This document shows positions 1 through 12,480 of a DNA stretch of 64,000 bases, in pieces. Made by a program: the position numbers and the translations under genes. Origin of the DNA: Ginglymostoma cirratum (Eukaryota); the NCBI GenBank assembly GCA_024137785.1, contig JAHRHZ010000002.1, positions 4,667,828 to 4,731,827 on the forward strand, given 5' to 3'. The notes under the pieces are model-generated. The model did not search any database. It worked only from the letters and a program-made list of their open reading frames with translations, and was not told the origin of the DNA. How positions within the stretch are numbered: position 1 is the first letter of the stretch; every line of letters begins with the position of its first letter.

Positions 1-2165
1 GGTATCTTTATGATATGTATCGATGAACTTCTGCTGGGGCTTCCTTCGAATTTGAGTGACACATGACATGTAAAATGAAAATACAATTTAAGAAAGGAAG
101 CCAGGCTTTGAGAACCTTTACATTAGAGATTAGACAGGATTAACTTTAGAGATTAAGCAGAATAATTCAGGTGTGACTTTTGATCAACAGTCTTATTTAG
201 AAAGTGTTCATGACACCCTGGCAAATTGGGCCAGATCCTCACAGAAAGAATGTGATGAACCTTGTTGTACTTGACTGGTCACCCAGAAGATTGGCTTGTG
301 AGGCATCTCCAGAAGGGACTATTCCATATCTTCTGGATCGCCCCAAGTTTGGAAACTTGAGTGTGCATTTTCCTGAATTGAATTTATTTAATGTTTTATT
401 TCCTGAACAGTAGCATTTTCTGACATTGTGCACAGTTCCAAACATGCACAAGCAGACTATTTGTCCAGTCAGACTTCATAACTAGAGATAGTAAGAACTG
501 CCGATGCTGGAGTCAGAGATAACATAGTGTGGAGCTGGAGGAACACAGCGAGCCAGGCAGCATCAGAGGAGCAGGAACGTTAACATTTCAGGTTGGGACC
601 CTTCTTGAAATGCCAAATTGGGATGGCCAGAATGTAGATTGGAGTCCACTGGGGATGATCTGGTTCCATAGGCAGGTACTGAGAAAGGAGATTTGGCTGT
701 AGTACCTAGTTTGCTTGAGTATGTGATCGAAGAGTTTCAGGGCTGAAGAGATTACCAGAGGGTTACAGTGGGAGAGAGATCCACTGAGGTCTTTCCGGAG
801 AGAAAAGGACAATTTCTTCAAGGTGAGCATCCTCGGAAGAGGCTTCGCAGTGGGGTTATAACTGACTCTGAGAAAGTAAGAACTGCAGATGCTGGAGTCA
901 GAGATAACACAGTGTGGAGCTGGAGGAACACAGCGAGCCAGGCAGCATCAGAAGTGCAGGAAAGTTGACATTTCTGAAGAAGCGTCCCGATCCGAAACAT
1001 CAATTTTCCTGCTCCTCTGATGCTGCCTGGCCTGCTGTATTCTGCCAGACTTCATACTAGTCTGTTTCTTCCTTAGATGTAATATCATCTTTCTGTGAGC
1101 ATCTGGCCCAATTTGCCAAGGTGTCATGAAATGTTAACGTTCCTGCTCCTCTGATGCTGCCTGGCTTGCTGTGTTCCTCCAGCTCCACACTATGTTATCT
1201 CTGACTCCAGCATCGGCAGTTCTTACTATCTCTAGTTATGAAGTCTGACTGGACAAATAGTCTGCTTGTGCATGTTTGGAACTGTGCACAATGTCCAAAC
1301 ATGCTACTGTTCAGGAAATAAAACATTAAATAAATTCAATTCAGAAAAAGGTACACTCAAGTTTCCAAACTTGGGTGATCCAGAAGATATGGAACAGTCC
1401 CTTCTGAAGATGCCTCACAAGCCAATCTTCTGGGTGACCAGTCAAGTACAACAAGGTTCATCACATTCTTGGTGGGAGAGATTAATAAATGTTATCCATT
1501 CGCATGGGATTCCAAGAAATAATAATGGCAGTTAAAAGTACCTTAGCTGCTGAGATATTAATGTTAGTAGAAGCTATAAATATAGGGGTTTATGAATCAA
1601 ATATTTTGACGGAAATCCTGTACAAGGAACAATTGGAGAAATGTTTGACCATTGTACGTTATGTGGATAATCTTTCTCTTTGTTTATTTGACAAAGGGTG
1701 CTGCTGAGAAAAAGTTGAGATTTGCCCTTGATAGTTTAAAGGAAATGTTAAAAAGAGATTTCTAAAATAACATGGATTGACTCAAGTCACCAATTGGCAG
1801 CCTGTTTCACAAAACTAAAGGCGTTAGCTTCAAGGAGTCATTGGAAATCCTCCAAGAGGAATGTCTGGTGGTAGGAGGAGTCATAAGAACATCAAAAATG
1901 CAACTTTTTTTGGATTGCTTTGTGGTTAAACAACATATCACGTTTTCTCAAAGAGAAAAGGAGCTTGTGAAAAATATAATTTTGTTATTTTGATCAGTTT
2001 TACTATAAAAAAAGTAGAATGTAGAAAAAAACTGCTTAATTTTCATTAATGTTGTTTATGAATTGTTTGTGTGTCTTCAAAGATTTTACTTAAAGAGCCA
2101 GGGGTGAAATCGATTAATCTAGCACCGAGTTAAACAGGGATTGGGATTAATTGATTAATTAATCT
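1..2165 (+). mobile_element. Degenerate Ty1/Copia LTR retrotransposon (RT-RNase H, PPT, start of 3' LTR), internally rearranged
   Basis: Translated motifs GIFMICIDELLLG, LEIKQNNSGVTFDQQSYLE, DASQANL, VKSTLAAE, EKKLRFALDSLKEM and WIDSSHQLAACFTK. Polypurine tract 1950-1963 followed by TG. Confidence 0.75.
486..1045 (-). mobile_element. Penelope-like element fragment (pseudo-LTR copies plus ORF N-terminus) inserted in the Copia relic
   Basis: Two copies of the terminal repeat plus an inverted piece. The internal ORF reads FLSTCLWNQIIPSGLQSTF. TSD cagacttcata(a)ctag at 470-485 and 1046-1060. Confidence 0.65.
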
Positions 2166-3598
2166 GGTGTGTGTCCACACCCAAATGGTGACTTTCCACC
2201 TTCAGACCTTGCAGCGATACCTTTATGTTGAGCCTCCTCCTCAGTGGTGCCCCCTAGAGATATATTTTTTCTGCCAGGTGCGTAGTCTCATCTATGACAC
2301 ACAGCTCCTGTTTTTCAACCGTGAGGGTTTGCACATCGCCCTCAGGATGCTCCCTGTCTTTTACCAGGACTTGACCACTATCTGGGACATGGTCAACTCG
2401 CGCCGGGCCTACACTCCGTGAGGAGTAGTGGCCGTCGTCAGAGAGCCGTTGCTCAGGAATCGCCACCTCCACCATTGCAGTTTCGACGGGCTGTCGGAGG
2501 GGAGGGCCGTGGCTGTGGGCGTGGCCAAGATCAGGAACGTGCTGGGTGGCAGGAGCCTGGGCTGGATACTGCTACAGGATTTGGCCAGCAGGGCGGCAGT
2601 AGACATCTGGCCCACGGCCACTTCCATCCAACTCCTTAAAACAGGGGTGCTCAGACCTGACATTGTGCACCAGATGGAGGATGCTCAGTGAGATGCGTGC
2701 AGTGAGATCCCGTCTGCACGAACCCCTACCCGGACAGAATTTCACATCGCCTCCAGGATCCGTACCTCCCGCTGGGAGCCTGTGCCTCACAACCTGAGCT
2801 GCATCCAGAACACAGGTAGTATGGATTGGAGAGGGGCAAAACGGCGGGCCCTGTACAGACTGCTGCTGTACACCATCCACCTCTTCTCCTTTACCCACCG
2901 CCCGGGCAAACCTTGCCGTGCCCATTTACCACCAGGCAGCGGGGATCCCCAGTGGAGGGCTCTCCACGTGGGAGTTCTCCCACTTATCCCTCAGGGATCT
3001 GGAGTGGAGGGTGTTGCATGCAGCAGTCCCCTGTAACCGCACATTGCAGTTATTCACGGACTCCCAGCCCAACTGTCTATTTTGCGGTGCTGTGGAGACC
3101 GTGGACCATGTATATATTGGCTGGTGGTGTTTGCACTCCCTTTTTAGTTATCTAAAAGACCTTCTCCTCTACTTTTGGCTGAACTTCAGCCCCACGCTGC
3201 TGATCTTCAGGCACCCGGTGTGGAGGGGGGCAGGTGGGTCAGACGATCTCCTTGTGGGTCTGCTCCTGGGCCTGGCCAGGCTGGTCATTAACAGGTCCAG
3301 GCAGAGGCCTCTGGAGGGTGTCATTTACACTGACTGCCTGCCCCTCTTCCGTGGCTACTTTCGGACCTGGGTGTCTCTGGAAAAGGAGCACATGGTGTCT
3401 GCCAACATTCTTGATGCCTTTAGGGAGAGGTGGGCACCTGGGGGAGTGGAGTGCTTTACTTTCCCCCTCCAACTCTAATTTGATTTGGTCCCTACCCTCC
3501 CCTTCACTTTTCCATGTAAACATTGCCCGTTCCGGCTTTGCTTGTTACTGGTTCACTGGCTGCATGGGTGTTTTTCCTGGTGGTGGCAATGTCGAATA

Positions 3599-3629
<31 letters not shown>

Positions 3630-3670
3630 ACATGGGTTCTGGGGAAAATAAACAAAAAAATGTTAAAGAA
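2166..3670 (+). mobile_element. Tx1/L1-clade LINE 3' fragment
   Basis: C-terminal zinc finger WRVLHAAVPCNR...CLFCGAVETVDH, frameshifted. The tail contains (AC)n at 3599-3621 and A-rich sequence. Confidence 0.75.
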
Positions 3671-3825
3671 AAGAAAATTTTCAACCCCATTTGATTTAGG
3701 CCTCCCTGAACCCACCACTTCTCCCTCAACTTTGATGGTCTGCATTGCCCTTATGGGTGATTTAGTAATAGGGGAGAAAAACGTGTATAAGTGCACTTCT
3801 AGATATATATAAAAAAAGCAACTTT

Positions 3826-4050
3826 GATCGGGGACCTGGGGTGGAGGGTGTTACATGCGGCAGTCTCACGTAACCACAGACTGCAGTGGTTAACAGACTC
3901 TGAGCCCAACTGTTTATTTTGCAGGGCTGTGGAGTCCATGGACCATGTATATATTGGTTGTGGGCATTTGCGCCCCCTGTTTAGTTTTTTGAAAAACCTT
4001 TTGCTATGATTTTGGTCACTCTTCAGCCCCACATTCCTAACCTTTGGACA
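3826..4050 (+). mobile_element. Second Tx1-like LINE fragment
   Basis: GDLGWRVLHAAVSRN...CLFCRAVESMDH, homologous to 2990-3215. Confidence 0.7.
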
Positions 4051-4519
4051 TGAAGTAATGCTGCACATTTCCAAGAAGTGACCCTTCAACAGATTAAGTG
4101 GTGGGCTAATCAATTAAACTCAGCTAATGAAGAGGGTACGACTTGGTTTTCACTAAATAAACAAATAAATGAGAGGTTATCAACCTGAACATTAACTCTG
4201 CCACTCTGGATGTGGCTAGACTAGCATTTTCTGCTTTTATTCCAGAAAAGTGAGAATCCAGTTCTGAAACCAAACTAAACATGACACTGGTCAGTGAGAA
4301 TCCAGTCTCTAAACTGCAGAAACACACACACCCAGTGACTGAACTACTGTACATATAACAGCAGTAGCATCTGGTTATAAGTTGTTTCAAGTACAATATA
4401 GTCTCCACAGACAGTTCACAGGAGTTTAATAAAGCATTGTTTGACACTGAGCCACTGAATGTGATGTTAGGGTAAATGGCCAAAAACTGGGCCATGGAGG
4501 AAGGTTTTTGGGAGTGTCT

Positions 4520-5020
4520 AAAAGAGTGGAGGGGACAATGAGAGAGGGCATACCTGATAATAAAAGAGATTGAGAGAGGAGGAAAGAAAGAGGGTGAGGG
4601 TGATGAGTGCGGGGAGGCATGGGAGATGGTAGGGGAGAGGGACAGTGAGAGGGAGATGGAAAGTGAGGAGAGGTGCAATGAGAGGGAGGGTGAGAGAGAA
4701 AGTGCACAGAAGCTGGAAAAAGAGAGGAGAACTAAGAAAGTGAGGGAGAGTAAGAGGAAGGAAGAAGGGACAAAGAAGAATATAAAGAGCAAGAGATGTT
4801 AACAGAATGATGGGGGTGGGGAGGCACAAGGAAAGAGAGACAGTGCAAGGAGGGCAGCAAGAATGAAGGAGAAGCCAGAGGGAGGGAAAGTGAGAGAGTG
4901 GCTGAGAGAGTGAGAGGAGGAGGAGCATATGGAAAGAGAGTGAAGGGAATGGGTGGAAAAGAGGGAGAGGTGAGAAAGTGTAAGTAAGAGAAAGCAAATG
5001 AGAGACAGAAAACAGCCTGA
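4520..5020. repeat. Polypurine (GA-rich) low-complexity tract
   Basis: Composition is almost purely A/G on the plus strand. Confidence 0.85.
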
Positions 5021-5649
5021 GAACGACATTGATATGCTGCTTTTATTTAGCTTGGGTAGTGGGAGCTGTAGGTGAGGGAAGTGACTGGGCCAGCGAGAGC
5101 AACATCAGGAGGATAACAATACACAAGGTTTACCCATCAACCAGTGATTCTCTGGACTGTATATTTTCTATTGGTTGATTGGACTCTGAGAGGTGGCACC
5201 ATGCTCTGAATTGTTTATATTAAAACTGAAAGCTGATGATCTCCCTGGCTTAGGGACTTTCTATCACATGACTTCCCAAAAATAGCTCCCTGAAATCAGA
5301 AATCAGGAGACAACCTTAAACAGGAGTCAGAACCACCTCTTACTTGGGGTGACAATTGAAGAGTGTTGAACACCATTGCACACATGCACACACATGTAAA
5401 TTCTCACAAATATTATTACTGGCCCTCACACTCAGACCTACACGCTGACACACATACACAAACACACACTTGTTCGATATGCACTCGTACACATATTCCC
5501 TCACAAACAAATACACAACCTCTCAATCAGACAGACACAATTACATACACATAACCTCTCTCACACACTCACCAATCATTGAATATCGCTGGCCAGTACA
5601 CAGATTCCTTTGCTGGTTGTCTTACATGTTCAGTTCCTATGTGTCTCTG

Positions 5650-7540
5650 ATCTAACGACGACATGATATCTTGACAGAATGCCTTCAGTGTTAGGACATT
5701 TTTACACCTCAAACATGGGTGTGTACTGACAACACCACATTTGTTTCAGTATGATTAAAATGAACAAATCTTCTCAGGTAGCTCTTTAATACTGTCAGAC
5801 CATCCCTGGATAATTATCTTTTACAACCCTTCTAATTGGTCATATCACCACTGTGACTGTTCACATTGGCCCTGGCCAAAGTTTAACAGATTAACTTCAA
5901 GAAAGTCTTAAACACATGGCCTAGAATATCCTTCGCAGTGGGGTTAAAATTGTTTCAGAGATAGTAGGAACTGCAGATGCTGGAGAATCTGAGATAACAA
6001 TGTGTAGAGCTGGGTGAACACAGCAGGCCAAGCAGCATCAGAGGAGCAGGAAGCCTGACGTTTCAGGCCTAGACCTATCAGAGCATGAATCCAGAGGAAT
6101 ACCATGGTCTCTGTGCCGGTGGTAATCAGCTCAGAGTGTCGACCTGATCATCCTGATGCCTGGCTTGTATCTGACTTCAAAACGACCATAGACTGTTGAC
6201 TGATTCAATTTTGCTACGTGAACTGTTCCATCACAGTTGGTACAGTCTGAATCTGGATAGATGGTGTTGACCAGGTAGAAGATTTCTAAGAAGCCAAGAT
6301 GAGCTTGTGTATTGGCACGGCTGTATGATCCTACCTATGCACAGAACTGGTGTTCTGTGATGAACTGGCGAACTGGTGGATATGCTGTGAGACGATCTCT
6401 CATAGGCTATATCATGGAGCAACACTTGCTGGAGTACAAATGTTTCATGATGTGAGGCAATAATATGTTGTCACTAGCCACTGTGTCAATCCTAGCTTTT
6501 GGAGTTTACTTTCCTGCCCTTTCAGGGTATGTGATCTTAATGATTGTAAACGCTTCTGATTGCATTATACTGTCAATATGGTGTGTGAGGTTAACAACAT
6601 GGAAATCCAAAATTTGCCTTTGTCTTGGTTGACTCTGAAGTTTATTAGTATGTATGTCTTTGTTCTTCTTCTTAACACTTTCCTCACGGCCAATATTATA
6701 CCATCTTGTTGGTCGCCTGTGTTTGTTCAAGGGTCTGGCTTGGCTTTTGGGACTAGACTTCCTGAACATACATGCCCAATGTTTACTGGTGCACAAAGTT
6801 ATAAAAGAGAGCTGGATAGATTTTCTCTAGATACGACAAACAGCATGACTTACAGATTCTGTTGGTTTGGGGCACTTTGCTGACTGTGGCGATATTGTTT
6901 GTTGCACCTCAAGCATGTAATTGTTATTGGCCTGCCACTATGGCTTTATACCTGCATCCATTATCAAGTAATCCACCAATAATACAGCTCTTCTTGCCCA
7001 AAAGATCCTTTGGAAAGGGTGTAACTGGTGTAGAACTCTCCTCCAGAAAAGTTCCACTCATGCCCTTTGCTGTGGCACCTTCTGAAAGACTCTTGGGATT
7101 GCTGCTGATAGGACCTGAGTGGGAATGTGCTCATGCTGAAGTTATTTCCTACCTTCAGCTGGTCTTCAAGAAGCTTCTAGATCTTTGCTGAACCTTTGTG
7201 ATTGTTCACAAAAAGATCAAATGTAATCATCTTGCAAAGTCTCTTCTTGCCAATGGCAAGCAAGATTTTTTTGAGCTCTTTTCTTGGATTCATCCATCAC
7301 TTGATCTTTAAAATAGAACGCTTTTGTTGTTTGAACAGTTGCAGTTCAGTAAAGGAGCAATGGCTATCCATTCCATAATAAGATTTCTGATATCCATAAT
7401 TCTGCTTTAAACAGTTGGACTGTACCACCTTTGGCTGTGTGTCCCTGACCTGTATTCAGCGTAGATTAAAAACTGCCACTTCTTTAGTTACAGAGATTGT
7501 ACAACTGATGTTCTGAGAAACTGTTACATGTGTACCAATG
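5650..7540 (-). mobile_element. Highly decayed Ty3/Gypsy pol (integrase) relic
   Basis: Minus-strand fragments PFQRI..VLLVDY, IDTVASDN and AYERSSHSISTSSP..IGRI occur in integrase order, with many stops. Confidence 0.45.
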
Positions 7541-7582
7541 TTTGGGTCCGAAGTATGCGAGGCTTCCTGCTTTCTGTACGGT

Positions 7583-8230
7583 CATAGAGTCATTCAGCAT
7601 GGAAACAGACCCTTTGGTCCAACTCATTCACACCGAACAGACATCCCAATCTGACCTAGTCCCATTTGCCAACATTTGGCCCACGGCTCTGAACCCCTCT
7701 ATTCATATACCCATCTAGATGCTTTTTAAATATTGTAACTATACCCACCTCCACCTCATTCCATACACGCACCACCCTCTGCATGAAAAAGTTACCCGTC
7801 AGGTCCTTTTTAAATCTGTCCCCTCTCACTTTAAACCTATGCCCTCTAGTTTTGGACTCCCCCACCCTAGCAAAAAGACTGTGGCTATTTACCCTATCCA
7901 TGCCCCTCATGATTTGATGAACCTCTATAAGATTCTGACGTACCAGGGAGAAAAAAAATCCCCAGCCTATTCAGCCTCTCCCTATAGCTTGAACACTCCA
8001 ACCCTGGCAACATCCTTGTAAATCTTTTCTGAACCCTTTCAAGTTCCACAATATCCTTCCTAAAAAGGAGACTAGAATTGCACGTAGTATTCCAACAGTG
8101 GCCTAACCAATGTCCTGTACAGCTGCAACATGACCTCCCACCTCCTATACTCAAAAGCACTGACCAATAAAGACGAGTGCCAAATGGCTTTTTCACTACC
8201 CTGTCTGCCTCGGACTACACTTTCAAGGAA
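7583..8230 (-). mobile_element. CR1-type LINE 3' fragment (HER1-like)
   Basis: LERVQKRFTRMLPGL, TRGHRFKVRG and FFMQRVVRVWN motifs, ending in the family tail. Confidence 0.85.
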
Positions 8231-8549
8231 AGATCCACATTCTCAGTCTCAAGAGAGCCTCTGTTCTACGAGGGTCTGGTTTTGATCCGGGTTGTCGGAG
8301 CAGAACGGTGAGAAAGATTGCAGAAGCTTCCTGAAAGATCCGCGGTATAATCCCGTACAGTCAGACACAAAGGAAATAGTTGTTTTGTTTGTAGCTCTGC
8401 CCTGTAGAAGGAAGGGAAAACTGATGGCAGGAATTCAAACATAGAGATGCTGAGTCAGAACACAGGAGGCGTTTGACTGACACTGCAGAGCGGTAGCATT
8501 TCGCAAGAGAGGTTGAGATTTTTTTTTACCGCGATGACTGTGGGGTGGG

Positions 8550-8760
8550 GGCGCGAAGGGCAGGCCTGGGAGCTGACGAGCTGCCTGAGGAGCTGGAGAG
8601 TGGAGCAGTTGACGGGCCGGGGATTCCCAGAAACAGCAAGTCCCCGCCTTCCCATGCAGAATGCAGCAGCTTCGTTCAAGCCCAGGCCAATCGGAGCTGC
8701 TGTGGAAAGTCCCCGGGACTCTCCACGGTGACTGCAGACAACGCCGGAAACAAAGCGAAA
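8550..8760. promoter_or_regulatory. Orphan NF-kB-site cluster with CCAAT and GC boxes
   Basis: GGGGATTCCC 8619-8628; GGAAAGTCCCC (= GGGGACTTTCC) 8704-8714; GGGACTCTCC 8715-8724; CCAATC about 8687; GGGGCG/CCCCGCC boxes; CpG-rich unique-looking sequence. Confidence 0.6.
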
Positions 8761-9203
8761 GGACTTCAAGCTGTTCAGTGTCAGTGAGGCACCGCAGGAG
8801 CAACATGATGAAGGGTTTAGGCCCGAAACGTCAAGTTTTCCTGCTCCTATGATGCTGCTTGACCTGCTGTGTTCATCCAGCCCCATGCTTGTTATCTTGG
8901 AGTTATACTGTGCGCTGTTGAACCTAAGATAACAAGGTGTGGGGCTGGATGAACACAGCAGGCCAGGCAGCATCAGAGGAGCAGGAAAGCTGATGTTTCG
9001 GGCCGAGACCCTTCTTCAGAAATGTGTTCGAAACATCAAGCTTTCCTGCTCCTATGATGCTGCTTGGCCTGCTGTGTTCATCCAGCCCTACACCTTGTTA
9101 TCTCAGATTCTCCAGCATCTGCAGTTCCTACTATCTCTGTTGAACCTGTGTATCTTCCTGCTGGACCAGAGTTATACAGTTAACTGTTTCACTCCCTAGC
9201 ATA

Positions 9204-12200
9204 GGGAGGTGATGGCCTAGTGGTATTATTGCTAAACTATTAATCGAGAAACTCGGCTAATTTTCCGGGGGGAGATAGTGGGAACTGCCGATGATGGAGA
9301 ATCTGAGAAAGCAAGGTTTCAGATTTCTGAAGAAGGGTCCAGACCTGAAACGTCACCTTTCCTCTTCCCCTGATGCTGCCTGGCCTGCTGTGTTCATCCA
9401 GCTCTACACCTTGTTATCTCTAATTTTCTGGGGACCCGGATTTGAAACCTGTGATGACAGATGGTAGAATGTCTGAAGTTGCTAATCTATTGATTGTTGG
9501 AGGGAAAGAAAAAGTAGCTCAGTAATGTCCTTAGGAGAAGGAAACTGCCGTCCTTACCCTGCCTGGCCTATATGTCACTTCAGGCCCACAGCAATGTGGT
9601 TGACTCTGAAATGGCCTAGCAAGCCATTCAGTTGTATCAATCGCTTCCAGTTCTCATCAAAATTAAATCAGATGGACCATGGGAAAAGACAACAGCTGAA
9701 ACGCTCCATTCGACCCTGCAAAGTCCTCCTTACTAATATCTGGGGCTAGTGCCCAAACTGGGAGAGCTGTCTCACAGACTAGTCAAACAACAGCCTGACA
9801 TGGTCATACTCTACAGAATCATACCTTACAATGTCTCAGCCACCACCATCACCGTACCTGGATATGTCCAATCCAACTGGCAGGACAGACCCAGCAGAGG
9901 TGGCAGCACAGTGATATACAGTCGGGAGGGAGTTGTGCTGGGAGACCTCAACATTGAGTCTGGACCCCATGAAGTCTCACGGCTTTAGGTTAATCATGGG
10001 TGAGGAAACATCCTGCTGATTACCACATACTGTCATCCCTCAGCTGATGAATCAGTACTCCTCCATGTTGAACAACACTTAGAGGAAGCAGTAAGGATGG
10101 CAAGGGCACAGAATGTACTCTGGATGGGGGATTTCAATGTCCACCACCAAGAGTAGCTTGGCAGCGGTACTACTGATCGAGCTGGTCGTGTCCTAAAGGA
10201 CATAGCTGTCAGACTGGGTCTACAGCAGGTGGTGAGGGAACTAACAAGAGCGATCAACATACTTGACCTCATCCTTACCGACCTGCCTGCAGCAGATGCA
10301 TCCGTCCATAACAGTATCAGTAAGCATGATCACTGCACAGTCCTTGTGGAGACTAAGTCCTGTCTTCACATTGAGAATAACGTCCATTGTGCATTCTGGT
10401 ACTAGCAATGTGTTAAATGGGACAGACTTCGAACAATCAAGTAACTCAACACTGGGGATTCATGAGGCACTGCGGGTCATCAACAGCAGCAGAATGTCCT
10501 CCAGCACAACCTGTAACCTCATGGCCCAGCATATCCCCCACTCAATCATTACCATCATGCCAGGGGATAAACCCTGGTTCAATGAAGAATGCAGGAGGGA
10601 ATGCCAGGAGCAGCACTAGGTATAAGCCACCAGCCAGGACTATTTGCACGCCAAACAGCATGCACAACAAGTGAGAGAAAGAGCTAAGTGACCCCACAAC
10701 CAATGGATCAGATCTAAGCTCTGCAGTCGTAGAATAATACAGCATGGAACCAGGCCCTTCAGCCCTAACTGGTCCATGCTGACCATGGTGCCCACTCAGC
10801 TAGTTCTAATTGCCGGCATTTGGTCCATATCCCTTTAAACCCTTCCCATCCATGTACATATCCAAATGTTTTTTAAATGTTGCTATCGTACCTCAACCAC
10901 TTTCTCTGGCAGCCCATTCCATATACGCACCACTTTCTGAATTAAGAAGTTGCCCTTCAGGTCCTTCTTAAATCTCTGCCCTCTCAGCTTAAACTTATGC
11001 CCTTGAGTTTTCAATTCCCCATCTCTGGGAAAAAGATTATATACATTCATCCTATCTATGCCCCTCATGATTTTATACACCTCAATAAGATCACCCATCA
11101 TTCTCCTACGTTCCAGAGAATAAAGTCTTATCCTGGCCAACTTCTCCCTTTAACTCAGGCCTACTAGTCCTGGCAACATCCTTGCAAGTCTTCTTTGCAC
11201 ACTTTCCAGTGTAACTGTGTCTTTCCTATAACAGGATGACCAAAACGGTACATAATACTCCAAGTGCAGTCACACCAATGACATATACAACTGTAACATA
11301 ACATTCCAACTCCTATACAGTCCTGTCACATCCAGTCATGAATGAAGGTGGACAACTAAACAACTCACTGGAAGAGGAGGAGGCTCCTCAAATATTCCCC
11401 TCCTCAATGATGGAAAAGCCCAGTACATCAGTTCAAAAGATGAGGCTGAAGCATTCACAGCAGTCTTCAGCCAGAAGTGCCAAGTGGATGATCCATCATG
11501 GCCTCCTCCAGTGGTCCCCAGCATTACAGATACCAGTCTTCAGCCAATTCGATTAACTCGGCATCATATCAAGAAATGGTTGGAGACACTGGATACTGCA
11601 AAAGCTATGGGCCTTGACAACATTTTGCAATAGTACTGAAGACTTGTGCTCAAGAACTTGCCACTCCCCTGGCCAAACTGTTCCAGTACAGTTACAACAC
11701 TGGCATCTACCCTACGATGTGGAAAATTACCCAGTTATGTCTTGTCAATAAAAAGCAGGAAAAACCCAACTCAGGCATCAGTCTACTCTCGATCATCAGT
11801 GAAGTGATGGAAGGTGTCATCAATAACACTGTCAAGCAGCACCTGCTCAGCAATAACCTGCTCAGTGACGCCTAGTTTGGGTTCTACCAGGGCCACTCAG
11901 CTCCTGATTCATTACAGCCTTCATTCAAACATGGACAAAAAAGCTGAGTTGGAGTGATGAGGTGGGAGTGACAGCCTTTGGGGAGGGAATTCCAGGATTT
12001 CAACCCAGTGACAGTGAAGGAATGGCAATATATTTATCAGCAATAGATTAAGGCTGCATTCAACTGAGTCTGGCATCAGGGAGCCCTAGTAAAACTGGAA
12101 TCAAAGGATATTGAGGGCAAACTCTCCAGTGGTTGGAGTCATACCGGCTCATAGGAATATGGTTGTGGTTGTTGGAGTCAGACACCTCAGTTCCAGCACA

Positions 12201-12480
12201 TCTCTGTGGGAGTTCTTCAGGGTAGTGTCCTAGGCCCAAACATCTTCCGCTGCTTCGTCAATGAGCTTCCCTCCATCATAAGGTCAGAAGTGGGGTTGTT
12301 CACCGATGATTGCACAATGTTCAGTATCATTCATGACTCCTCAGACACTGAACCAGCTCATGTTTAAATGAAGCAAAATCACGACAATATTGAGGCTCAG
12401 ACTGACAAATGGCAAGTAACAATCATGCCACTCAAATGCCAGGCAATGACCATCATTAGTAAGAGACTGTCAGTATCCAG
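9204..12480 (+). mobile_element. Long CR1-group LINE copy (APE + RT, 3' end missing) with tRNA-like 5' head; interrupted by nested insertions
   Basis: APE region NIWGLVPKLGEL..PDMVIL, DRPSRGG, GDFNVHH. RT region KAMGLDNI, PLAKLFQYS, QGSVLGP, FTDDCT. The head has A box TGGCCTAGTGG. Confidence 0.8.
10730..11320 (-). mobile_element. CR1-type LINE 3' fragment nested in the longer LINE
   Basis: SLERRRMMGDLIEVYKIMRGIDR...QKVVRIWNGLP. Confidence 0.85.

Noticed and set aside
4124-5029. Hydrophobic Leu/Ser-rich ORFs (look like membrane proteins)
   Set aside because: Translation of the GA-rich tract.
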